DNA of 64,000 nt from Eubacteriales bacterium (GCA_045122255.1 JBGVHJ010000130.1:2208-66207); one strand, 5' to 3'. Shown: positions 1 to 7,649, counted from the first letter of the stretch. The notes: a model not told the origin generated them from the letters alone. Program-made: numbers and translations.

Positions 1-1018
1 ATGCAGCGGAACGGGACATCAGACGTCCTGCACCGTGAGGTGCGGAGCAGTTCCAATCCTCGTTGCCCTTGCCAATACAAATAAGCGAACCGTCGCGCAT
101 ATTGATGGGAACGAGAAGCTTCTCGCCCGCCTTTGCGGAGACTGCGCCCTTACGGAGTATCATCTCATTCACGTCTATGTAGTTGTGAATGGTCTGAAAA
201 GTCTCGACGGCTATCCAGCCGCAACGCTCAAGAATAATCTCTGCCATTCTTGCACGGTTTCTCTCGGCAAACTTCTGACAGATATCCACGTCGTGGAGGT
301 AGTCCTCCATAAAGGAGCCATAGAGGAAGCAAAGGTCACGGGGGAGCGTAGGCTCCTTGGCATTGAATTCCTTCTCAAGCGCCTTAATCGTTGCCTGAAT
401 TTCGGTTCTTCTGCCCTCGGCCTTGTAGGTGCGGATGATCTCCTCGCGCTGCTTGAAATACTCCTCCTTGCCCACGTTGAGATCAACGGCGATCTGCTGA
501 TAGAACTCGGCAACCTGTGTACCAAGGTTGCGGCTGCCGGAGTGAATGACAAGGTACTTGCCTCCATTCTCGTCTACGTCAACTTCAATAAAGTGGTTGC
601 CGCCGCCAAGCGTTCCGAGGGAACGCTCAAGACGCTTGGAATCCTTGAGGTATCTGTAGCAACGGAGCTGTGTGAGATCAAATCTCTCCTGTCTGCCATC
701 CCAAACGTTTCTGCCGCAGGGGATGAAATGTGCCGCCTCATCCACCTTCTCAAAATCAATATCAATGTTGTCAAGGTACACGGTGTACATGCCGCAACCG
801 ATATCCACACCGACCATCGAGGGAACGATCTTGTCGGTGATGGTCATAGTTGTACCAATGGTACACCCCTTGCCCGCGTGGACGTCGGGCATGATTCTGA
901 TCTTCGAGGACGCAAATGCCTCGGTATCGCACACCGCCTTTATCTGCTCACGCGCACCGTCCTCAAGGGTAGTAGCAAAGCACTTTGCAGTGTTAAAATT
1001 TCCTATAATCTCTATCAT
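1..1018 (-). CDS. rtcB: RNA ligase RtcB (3'-phosphate/5'-hydroxyl RNA-splicing ligase); C-terminal end runs off the left window edge
   Basis: It is absent from the ORF track because there is no stop codon inside the window. My minus-strand translation from ATG 1018..1016 gives MIEIIGNF..RIMPDVHAGKGCTIGTT..VGVDIGCGM..LGGGNHFIEV..VIHSGSRNLG..CSAPHGAGRLMSRS, the canonical RtcB motifs. An AGGAGA RBS lies about 7 nt upstream. The listed plus-strand ORF 35..1090 is its antisense shadow. Confidence 0.93.
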   Translation of the reverse strand, partial: MIEIIGNFNTAKCFATTLEDGAREQIKAVCDTEAFASSKIRIMPDVHAGKGCTIGTTMTITDKIVPSMVGVDIGCGMYTVYLDNIDIDFEKVDEAAHFIPCGRNVWDGRQERFDLTQLRCYRYLKDSKRLERSLGTLGGGNHFIEVDVDENGGKYLVIHSGSRNLGTQVAEFYQQIAVDLNVGKEEYFKQREEIIRTYKAEGRRTEIQATIKALEKEFNAKEPTLPRDLCFLYGSFMEDYLHDVDICQKFAERNRARMAEIILERCGWIAVETFQTIHNYIDVNEMILRKGAVSAKAGEKLLVPINMRDGSLICIGKGNEDWNCSAPHGAGRLMSRSAA

Positions 1019-1095
1019 GTCATTCTCCTTTCATATTGTACGGTCGGGCTATATTGTAGTTATATGGTTACAACGCGCCCGACCGTATAAAGGAT

Positions 1096-2199
1096 TTAGG
1101 CGTTGTTACCGTTTAAAATTGCGGTAAGCTGACCAAGAATATTGCCATTACCGTTCAAGGAAATGTTGCCTACGTTCTCGCAAATGCGCTCAACGTATTC
1201 CAGCTCCTTGAGCTTGTAAAGGGTCTGGTTTTCATCCATCAGCTTTGCCGTGTTCAAGAGAGAACGAGTGGATGCAACCTCCTCACGGCGAGTGATTACG
1301 TTTGCTTGTGCGCGCTTTTCTGCGACAAGGACGGTGTTCATGATCTCGCGGATCTCGCCGGGAAGAATGATATCCTTGACGCCTGCATCCGTAATTTCTA
1401 CGAACAGATCCTTTTCCTTGGCTTTCAGTTTAGCGAACACAAACTCGGACATCTGATCCTTGTTTTCAAGGATCTCATCCAGCTTGTATTTGCCAACGTA
1501 TTCGCGCAGGGCAAGCTGTGCCGCCACGTGCATTTGCTCTGCGAAATCATCGATCTCGGTCAGAATCTTGACGTAGTCGGTCACGCGGTAGTTGCAGACA
1601 AAATTGATGCGGAGAGAAACCTTATCTGCGGTAAGGATCTCCTGACCCGTGATATCCATTTGTGTCAAACGGGTATCCACAAAGCCCACGTCTACTTTAA
1701 TGGGAGTTTTCCAGAAGTAGTAAGTGCCTGCATCCAAAATGCGCTCAAGCTTCTGATTGAAGTAGAGTCTTGCCTTCTGGTATTCGGCAACCTCGATCTT
1801 GGTGTAATAGATCTGAGGGATTTTTGAGAAGATGTACTCGGGGATGGATTCGTCAACTGTAGGTGTAGAGATATCCACGATTTTGAATTCGTGTTGATCT
1901 ACGACAGACCAAAAGGCATATTTGCCGTGACGAAGAACGGAAGAAAACTTACCGTTTACATAGTGGAGAGCAAGTTCCTCGTCGCCTACTTCGACGACTG
2001 CAACTTGATCGACAACTGCTTTGTCTGCAAGCAAGGTTTCAAGAGCGCACTTGCTGCAAACGATAGGCTGTCCCAAGTTGGAAATCTCAATCTCCTTGCC
2101 GTTAAACAGGTGATATTTGCCTGCACCGAGCGTTTTTGTATACTTTCCGTTTTTGAAGAGAAACCCCTTCTGATTTTCATTAATAATCATCTTTTTCAT
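1096..2199 (-). CDS. slipin family protein (SPFH/Band-7 domain)
   Basis: A 367-aa ORF with a C-terminal SPFH core (ILTADKVSLRINFVCNYRV, AQLALREYVG, IILPGEIREIMN, AEKRAQANVITRREE). A GGAGG RBS precedes the ATG at 2199. It is co-directional with rtcB, 77 nt upstream of it. Confidence 0.85.
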   Translation of the reverse strand: MKKMIINENQKGFLFKNGKYTKTLGAGKYHLFNGKEIEISNLGQPIVCSKCALETLLADKAVVDQVAVVEVGDEELALHYVNGKFSSVLRHGKYAFWSVVDQHEFKIVDISTPTVDESIPEYIFSKIPQIYYTKIEVAEYQKARLYFNQKLERILDAGTYYFWKTPIKVDVGFVDTRLTQMDITGQEILTADKVSLRINFVCNYRVTDYVKILTEIDDFAEQMHVAAQLALREYVGKYKLDEILENKDQMSEFVFAKLKAKEKDLFVEITDAGVKDIILPGEIREIMNTVLVAEKRAQANVITRREEVASTRSLLNTAKLMDENQTLYKLKELEYVERICENVGNISLNGNGNILGQLTAILNGNNA

Positions 2200-2216
2200 A
2201 ATAAGTTATCCTCCTT

Positions 2217-2645
2217 AAAGGTAGTAAAGTCGCCTCGCTATCATTCATGCAAAAGCAGCGGCTGAAAATTTGAGTACCTCCTGCACAGTGCGGAAAGAAA
2301 TCTTTTGGCACTGTTTGGGATAACACGGTATCCATTCTCAGGCAAGGCCCCATTTGCATTGCTCTGCGAGGCGTACCGAAGCACTTCTCGCTTTGCCGAA
2401 TGATAACGAATCCTGAACAGAAATGTTCTCTTGCACACAATATCGTGCGCGTCATCTTTTGCGTCCCGAAGGACAAATCTTCCAAACCGCTGGCGATATG
2501 CTTTTGCATACGGCGGGATTCGAACCCACGAATATCGAGCTTGACAGGCTCAAGGAGCAAGTGTTCTTCTGGCATACACTTTGGAACATCCTCGTGCACC
2601 GCTGTGAAGGATCAACTCAAACACTGGCTTGAAGTAACCTTGCAA
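2217..2645 (-). ncRNA. Structured non-coding leader or ncRNA upstream of slipin-rtcB; class unknown
   Basis: About 430 nt with no RBS-preceded ORF. On the minus strand there are several exact hairpins. They are GUCC-UUCG-GGAC (2463..2474), CGAG-AA-GUGC-UUCG-GUAC-GC-CUCG (2367..2390), ACAGUGC/GCACUGU (2285..2314), GGAUA/UAUCC (2318..2333) and UAUGC-AAAA-GCAUA (2498..2511). It also contains the tRNA-like module at 2505..2552. Whether it is a 5' UTR or a separate RNA cannot be decided from sequence. Confidence 0.5.
2505..2552 (-). ncRNA. tRNA-Asp(GUC)-like 3' portion (anticodon arm, variable loop, T-arm, 3' acceptor strand) with no matching 5' half
   Basis: The minus strand reads UGAGC-CUGUCAA-GCUCG AUAUUC GUGGG-UUCGAAU-CCCGC CGUAUGC A. 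This gives a 7-nt loop with U33-GUC-A37, a canonical GG-UUCGAAUCC T-arm and a 7-nt acceptor-like tail. The upstream sequence does not supply a complementary GCAUACG acceptor strand or a D-arm, so it is not a functional tRNA gene. Confidence 0.5.
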
Positions 2646-2649
2646 GTAT

Positions 2650-2658
2650 ATTTTACCA
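2650..2658 (-). promoter_or_regulatory. Candidate extended -10 element (TGgTAAAAT) for the structured leader/slipin-rtcB transcript
   Basis: The minus strand reads ..GGAATGGTAAAATATACTTG.., which matches TGnTAxAAT. The -35 is weak (GTGAAA/CGTGAA). It lies just downstream of the WYL-gene terminator and two long inverted repeats. Confidence 0.3.
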
Positions 2659-2699
2659 TTCCGGTCACCGTTTTTCACGGAAAAAAAGCTGCGAAAACA

Positions 2700-2805
2700 C
2701 ACGGCGCGTGCAATTTTTCAATAAATTGAACAAACATTTGCGCCGTGCTGAAATATTCCTCGCAGTTTGAACAACCGCGTTTCGCAAGCGAAAACGGAAT
2801 ATTTC
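2700..2805. repeat. Two adjacent long inverted repeats (8-bp CACGGCGC/GCGCCGTG at 2700..2747; 10-bp GAAATATTCC/GGAATATTTC at 2750..2805), each with a nested inner hairpin
   Basis: The complementarity is exact and read directly from the sequence. The inner stems are CAATTT/AAATTG and CGTTTCGC/GCGAAAACG. The repeats sit between the WYL operon terminator and the candidate promoter, so they could be operators or RNA structure. Confidence 0.7.
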
Positions 2806-2829
2806 CTAAGGCCAGCAAAAAGCCGCGAA

Positions 2830-2858
2830 AATAACAAAAAAGCCCTCGAATGAGAGCT
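2830..2858 (-). terminator. Rho-independent terminator after the WYL gene pair
   Basis: The minus strand reads AGCUCUC-AUUC-GAGGGCU (one mismatch) followed by UUUUUUGUUAUUUU. It lies 7 nt after the stop codon at 2865..2867. Confidence 0.55.
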
Positions 2859-2864
2859 TTTTCA

Positions 2865-3776
2865 CTATTTTAATCCACAATTTAACTGTTTTTTCAGCTT
2901 TTCGATGATCAATTGCTTGAAAGATCCCGATCCGATAACCTCTACCATCGGTCCAAAGGAAAGGATTCTTATCACCATTTCGGGTTCATCATCGTGAGCA
3001 TATTTGATTTTTACGAGGTAATACTTTTTGTCAAGCTTTTCGGCTTGCTTTTCAAAATGGGCAAAATGGAGCATAAATCGTTCCATTGCATTCCGCTCGT
3101 CACGAATCTTTACGGTGATCGTGTCGTAAATCACCGCCTTTTCCTCACCTACCGATTGCCTTTCTCCGGTGTAATGAGCACAGGATCTGATCTTGGCAAG
3201 GTTGACGGTTGAAACGGCACGCCATCCCGCAGTGATCAATCTGAACTTGTCATCCTTTTCGGAATATTCGAGTCTTACAGGGCGGCATCTGACAAACATG
3301 GTGTTGCCCTTGCGGTTGACCATTTCGAACTTGATCTGAGAATCTTTTCGTATCGCCTCTAAAATGATTCGGAATTGTCTTATGTATTCTTCATCCTCAA
3401 AGGGATCTCCGTCGCCGTACTTATCGTAGACATGATAATCCGCAGGGGTGAAAAGTGGCTCCACGCCGTCAAGATTGGGAAATTCCACGCCGAACAATTT
3501 TACACGCGGGTCAAGCGAAATGGCTTTCAACCATTGCTTTTGAAGTGTGGTCAGCGGCATTGTTGGCTTGTGTTCAAGTGAGGTGGTCATATCGGAATGC
3601 ACGAGCTGCCATTTCTCGGTTTTGAGGGAGGGCATGATAGTTAATACACTCTCACCGAATGCACGCTCGGCTACGATCTTTTGCAATTCCTTTTCGGAAT
3701 GCTCGCCGTCAATGATGCCGGATATAATGGCGGCAACCGTATTGTAATATGCAGAGTAAAGCTCGGAAAATATCAT
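2865..3776 (-). CDS. WYL domain-containing protein (second of a pair)
   Basis: It has a WYL-type core (MFVRCRPVRLEYSEKDDKFRLITAG) followed by a WCX-like C-terminal beta-rich region. I place the start at MIFSELY (ATG 3776) because that gives an ATGA stop/start overlap with the upstream gene. Confidence 0.75.
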   Translation of the reverse strand: MIFSELYSAYYNTVAAIISGIIDGEHSEKELQKIVAERAFGESVLTIMPSLKTEKWQLVHSDMTTSLEHKPTMPLTTLQKQWLKAISLDPRVKLFGVEFPNLDGVEPLFTPADYHVYDKYGDGDPFEDEEYIRQFRIILEAIRKDSQIKFEMVNRKGNTMFVRCRPVRLEYSEKDDKFRLITAGWRAVSTVNLAKIRSCAHYTGERQSVGEEKAVIYDTITVKIRDERNAMERFMLHFAHFEKQAEKLDKKYYLVKIKYAHDDEPEMVIRILSFGPMVEVIGSGSFKQLIIEKLKKQLNCGLK

Positions 3777-5032
3777 TCGCTTACCTCCTCTTTTACATCG
3801 TACATCCAATACATAGCTTCCAAGTCCTTTTTGAATTGGTTCTCAACGCTACGATTGGAGAAGTTCATTTTTACGATACGGCAGATAAAGGTTCTGATCC
3901 AAGGGATCATCTCGCTTGAATCATAAACATCAGCAGAAAATCGATAGGTGTTCTCGTCCAGCTTTTCTACCGTTCCGACGCGCTTTTCGCGTTCAAGGCG
4001 CTTGATAATATATTCCTCATTGTCTTCCACCTTAACCGTAAATTCTACGTGCTCAAGGTGCTCCACGCCCCATTTGTTGCGCTTAACACTAACTCCCCAC
4101 ATCTTGCTTTGCATTCTGTCCAGCTCCGCACGAAGCTCGTCAAAGCGAGGAGTGGGATCTTCAAGCTTTACGTTGGATAAGTAATCCACACGGTAAGAGT
4201 GGAAGGAATTGTATTCAGGCAGATACGCAAGCAGATGCTGTCTGCCGCTTTGCACGCTGATGAACACACGAAGCGGAACGATACGGTTTCGTCTCGGCAT
4301 ATCTCTGCGACGGCTCATATTCGATATCGTTACAGCGCGCTTTTCTCTCATTGCCGTGAACAGAGAAGCAAGAACGCCGCTGTCAATGGCACCGGTTATG
4401 TAATGATGCTTGAAGGTGAACGCATCGGTATCGGATTCCTCTTTGTCGAGTATAAACGATCCGACGACTCCACAGGGAGCAACCTCCGAGAAATAATGCA
4501 AGACCTCGTCAAGGTCGGCAATGTCAGTATTATCGGCTCTGCGATAATATGCCTTTCGTCCTTCTTTTTCTGCCACGATAATTCCGGCTTCGCAGTATTC
4601 CTTAAGCTTTTTGCGAACGGTGGACTCATCGTACATCTGGGGGCTTTCAAAGCCAGACAGATATTTCTCATCAATTTTCTCAAGCAGCTCGGAAATAGTA
4701 CGCTTGACAGACGGATCGTGGAGAATGTCGAAGATAATGAAATGCAACGTAATATCGCCATCGGTAAAGCTCTTTGCTTTCCAAGCATTGTACAGCGGGT
4801 TGTGCCTGATCGTGCGGCTATCGATGGAGATGAAAACGTTTTTACCTTCGGGAGTGCGAACGAAGCTCATGTGATCGCCGAGCCAGCTTTCAAGGCGACG
4901 GCGCTCGTCATCGTAAGAACGCGCACTCTTGCTTTGATAGTCGTCACGGCTCTTGAAGCCGTAAACGTAGAAATCACGCATATATGCTCTGATTTTCTCA
5001 AAATTTTTGATAAGCTCACTGTATGAGGACAT
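3773..5032 (-). CDS. WYL domain-containing putative transcriptional regulator (first of a pair)
   Basis: A 419-aa ORF. It has an N-terminal wHTH-like region, a central WYL core (RIVPLRVFISVQSGRQHLLAYLPEYNSFHSYRVDYLSNV) and a C-terminal extension. It is translationally coupled to the next gene. Confidence 0.8.
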   Translation of the reverse strand: MSSYSELIKNFEKIRAYMRDFYVYGFKSRDDYQSKSARSYDDERRRLESWLGDHMSFVRTPEGKNVFISIDSRTIRHNPLYNAWKAKSFTDGDITLHFIIFDILHDPSVKRTISELLEKIDEKYLSGFESPQMYDESTVRKKLKEYCEAGIIVAEKEGRKAYYRRADNTDIADLDEVLHYFSEVAPCGVVGSFILDKEESDTDAFTFKHHYITGAIDSGVLASLFTAMREKRAVTISNMSRRRDMPRRNRIVPLRVFISVQSGRQHLLAYLPEYNSFHSYRVDYLSNVKLEDPTPRFDELRAELDRMQSKMWGVSVKRNKWGVEHLEHVEFTVKVEDNEEYIIKRLEREKRVGTVEKLDENTYRFSADVYDSSEMIPWIRTFICRIVKMNFSNRSVENQFKKDLEAMYWMYDVKEEVSE

Positions 5033-5070
5033 AGTTCACACTCCTTTCTGTGTATTTTATTGTTAGTTGC

Positions 5071-5496
5071 TTAGATTAAAATTCCATTACAATGATCCAC
5101 CTCATGCTGAATGATCTGTGCTGTCCAGCCGTTGAAGTTTTTCGTGCGCGTTTGCATATCCAAGGTCTGATACTGCACCTTGATGGTCTTATAGCGTTTA
5201 CACTTGCGTGGACCACCGAGAAGCGACAGACAGCCTTCCTCGGTATCATATGATCCGTCCTTCTTGATGATCTCGGGATTGAACATCACGGTATATGTAG
5301 GAGCTCGTCCGCTCTCGTCATGGAAAGCGATGATGCGCTTACGTACGCCGATCATATTTGCCGCCATTCCGACACAGCTTTCTCTGTGCGCCATCAGCGT
5401 ATCAAGCAGGTCATGTGCGACTTGCAAATCTTCTTTTGTTGCGACCTCCGACTTTCCTGCGAGAAATATCGGATCGTGCATCAGTTCTTTAATCAT
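5071..5496 (-). CDS. def: peptide deformylase
   Basis: The three def motifs are present: GMAANMIG (GxGxAAxQ-like), EEGCLSL and QHEVDHCNG (HExxH). The start is set at MIKELMHDPIFL (ATG 5496), which overlaps the upstream gene's stop by 8 nt. Confidence 0.9.
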   Translation of the reverse strand: MIKELMHDPIFLAGKSEVATKEDLQVAHDLLDTLMAHRESCVGMAANMIGVRKRIIAFHDESGRAPTYTVMFNPEIIKKDGSYDTEEGCLSLLGGPRKCKRYKTIKVQYQTLDMQTRTKNFNGWTAQIIQHEVDHCNGILI

Positions 5497-6097
5497 CCGT
5501 CTCCTCGCTATCGTTTGTGGCCACTTCGTAAGGCTTTCCTTTTTTCGCTTCAGTAGCAACTACTGCCTCGAGATTATCCAGAATAAATCTTTGTGCCTCC
5601 TCATTATAAAGCACTACCTGATACTCTCCGTAGCGTCCCGTTCGGGTCTCAACAGTAATTCCAATTTGATTTCCCTCCTCGGTCGGACGTTTAACGGGCT
5701 TCTTGCCGCCAAAATCATGTAAATAAAGCATTCCTATATTCAGAAGCCATTGGTTGATCTGGCGATAGGACACCTTCTCCATATTTTCGTTCTCGGTCAT
5801 TGCATAAATTCGCTTTGCAATCTCGCTAACAGGAATGGGCTCTTCGGAATATTCGAATTTCTCAAGTTGCTCAACAGAAACCGCAAACGGGATTTTAGGA
5901 GTACGCTTCGGCTTGTTTACCCCGCCGTTCTCATATACCTGACGAAGAATGTCCGACACATAGAAAAAGCAACGAGACAGGCGAACATTATTCGCTATAT
6001 CGTCGTCCGGAATAGGCGTATCGTCCAGTGGATTGATACCGTTTGCCAATTTGTCTATAAAAGATTTTGCGTATGCGATTTTTTCAAGTTCTGTCAT
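5489..6097 (-). CDS. hypothetical protein (about 202 aa, acidic C-terminus)
   Basis: The open frame has an AAAGGAA RBS 8 nt before ATG 6097 (MTELEKIAY..). The track's 6118 start is a TTG with no RBS. I recognise no family. The gene is flanked by two copies of the def 5' end. Confidence 0.7.
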   Translation of the reverse strand: MTELEKIAYAKSFIDKLANGINPLDDTPIPDDDIANNVRLSRCFFYVSDILRQVYENGGVNKPKRTPKIPFAVSVEQLEKFEYSEEPIPVSEIAKRIYAMTENENMEKVSYRQINQWLLNIGMLYLHDFGGKKPVKRPTEEGNQIGITVETRTGRYGEYQVVLYNEEAQRFILDNLEAVVATEAKKGKPYEVATNDSEETDD

Positions 6098-6127
6098 ACA
6101 AATAATTCCTTTCTTCAATTGCGATTT

Positions 6128-6184
6128 TTATTTCTGCGACTTTCCTGCGAGGAAGATGGGATCGCGCATTAGTTCTTTTACCAT
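6128..6184 (-). pseudogene. Duplicated, diverged 5' fragment of def (18 codons then stop)
   Basis: The minus strand encodes MVKELMRDPIFLAGKSQK*, compared with the real def N-terminus MIKELMHDPIFLAGKSEV. The nucleotide match is about 80% over about 49 nt (6136..6184 vs 5448..5496). Confidence 0.7.
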
Positions 6185-6201
6185 GTTGTTTCTCCGTATC
6201 T

Positions 6202-6855
6202 TTACTCAACTCCGTGCATCTCCATCAAATCGCGCAGATCTCCGAAGCTCTTGTCGTACTGCGCCCTGGAGATTGCACCGTTTTGAAGGAAGGTATCGAG
6301 CAATTTCTTCTGCTGACGGAACAGTTCAACCTTCTGCCAACGCTCCTTGGTCATAAGATTCGAGTGCCCCGTGCGGATCTCGCCAAGGAGCGACACTTCA
6401 ATGCCCTCTGTCTTGCGCTGATAGACAAATCCGAGCTTTTCCTGCACGCGACGGGATTTCTCATTGCCGTCGTAATAGCCGCACCAAATGCGGTTCATCC
6501 CAAGATCCTCAAAGGCGTAGCGGAGCATCTCACGCGCGGCCTCGGGAATCAATCCCTGCCCCCAAAACGGTTTTCCTATCCAATAACCAAGTTCGTATTC
6601 ATCGTCCTGCTCGGCGAGGTCATTGCGATGAAAACCGATGCTGCCAATGGGCTTTCCATTCTCTTTCAGACACACGGCAAAGGTATCGGGAGCGGACAGC
6701 ACCGTGCGAATGATTTCGCGGCTGTTCTCCACGCTCGTGTGAGGTGGCCATCCGGCAGATGGGCCTACCTCGGGGGCGCTTGCGTATGTGTATAAGTCAT
6801 CTGCATCCTCTTCGCGCCATAGGCGGAGAAGGAGGCGGGTTGTTTCCAAATTCAC
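6202..6855 (-). CDS. GNAT family N-acetyltransferase (RimJ/RimL-like) with C-terminal extension
   Basis: The N-terminus is TTRLLLRLWREEDADDLY, and the acetyl-CoA region reads WGQGLIPEAAREMLRYAF..NEKSRRVQEKLGF. Confidence 0.85.
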   Translation of the reverse strand: MNLETTRLLLRLWREEDADDLYTYASAPEVGPSAGWPPHTSVENSREIIRTVLSAPDTFAVCLKENGKPIGSIGFHRNDLAEQDDEYELGYWIGKPFWGQGLIPEAAREMLRYAFEDLGMNRIWCGYYDGNEKSRRVQEKLGFVYQRKTEGIEVSLLGEIRTGHSNLMTKERWQKVELFRQQKKLLDTFLQNGAISRAQYDKSFGDLRDLMEMHGVE

Positions 6856-6857
6856 CT

Positions 6858-7649
6858 TTAAAACTCCCCTTCTTTAAGTCCAAATCCTATTCTCCATACT
6901 TCCCTGTCTGTTTTAATCTCAAATATTTTCACGACAGACTGATATAATTGAGGATGTCGTTCGCAACGAGATGTATCGAATACATAGCGATAATCATCCC
7001 AATTACGGAATTTATGGATGTCATATGTGTTGTAAGTACAGCCTACTATCTTTTGCAAACCTTCATCAACCTTCAAAATGTGGTCGTAAGATGCAACAAG
7101 CATAACCATCTTCATCATCCAAACGAAGCGATCATACCATTCAACGTCATTGGGATCATCATTGCAAACATCAAATTGGTCATAAATAGCCGTAGACCAA
7201 AACCAGGATGCAGAGTCCGCATCCATACCCGCATCAAGAAGAAGTTTCAGTGATTTAATACCATACTCATTTTCAAGAAAGCAAAACAAGGGGTGCAGAC
7301 TATTATCGTTATCGTACGGAATGCGAGGCGATGACACATCCATACCATATTTCAAAAAGACCTCTGTGATTTTAGGAAGGTGAGGAAGATACTGATCATT
7401 AAAATACCCGTCTGGGCCAACCAGTTCTCCATAAATATGCTCAAGCAATCCCCATCCGTGTCCTGAAGTAGGGCCGAGAGGATCAGCTCCTTTTTTCAGA
7501 AGTTCTTCTACTGTATGAAAGTTTATACTCTCTTTTTGACATTCTTCGTATAGCTTTTTATTCAGTTCGATTTCTTCTGGCGTGTATATCCCCTCATATT
7601 TTTGCGTGTGTTCACGTTCGTAGTCGTTTGTATATTCGTATTCGCCCAC
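6858..7649 (-). CDS. hypothetical protein (one ankyrin-like LLKKGADP motif)
   Basis: A 263-aa ORF tightly packed between neighbours (2-nt gap to the GNAT gene). No family is recognised with confidence. Confidence 0.6.
   Translation of the reverse strand: MGEYEYTNDYEREHTQKYEGIYTPEEIELNKKLYEECQKESINFHTVEELLKKGADPLGPTSGHGWGLLEHIYGELVGPDGYFNDQYLPHLPKITEVFLKYGMDVSSPRIPYDNDNSLHPLFCFLENEYGIKSLKLLLDAGMDADSASWFWSTAIYDQFDVCNDDPNDVEWYDRFVWMMKMVMLVASYDHILKVDEGLQKIVGCTYNTYDIHKFRNWDDYRYVFDTSRCERHPQLYQSVVKIFEIKTDREVWRIGFGLKEGEF

Noticed and set aside
35-1090. 351-aa plus-strand ORF at the left edge
   Set aside because: It is the antisense shadow of rtcB. The minus strand carries all the RtcB signature motifs and an RBS, while the plus-strand product is low-complexity with no RBS.
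2180-2599. 139-aa minus-strand ORF inside the rtcB leader
   Set aside because: It has no RBS and an odd composition. It spans the tRNA-like module and the UUCG hairpins, so I treat the region as non-coding RNA or UTR.
2217-2645. Possibility that the structured region is tmRNA (ssrA), RNase P RNA or a permuted tmRNA
   Set aside because: The T-arm is not at the 3' end next to a CCA-type acceptor. There is no GGGG..5' acceptor partner, I could not find a tag-reading-frame/resume codon context, and the RNase P P4 consensus is absent. Length alone is not evidence.
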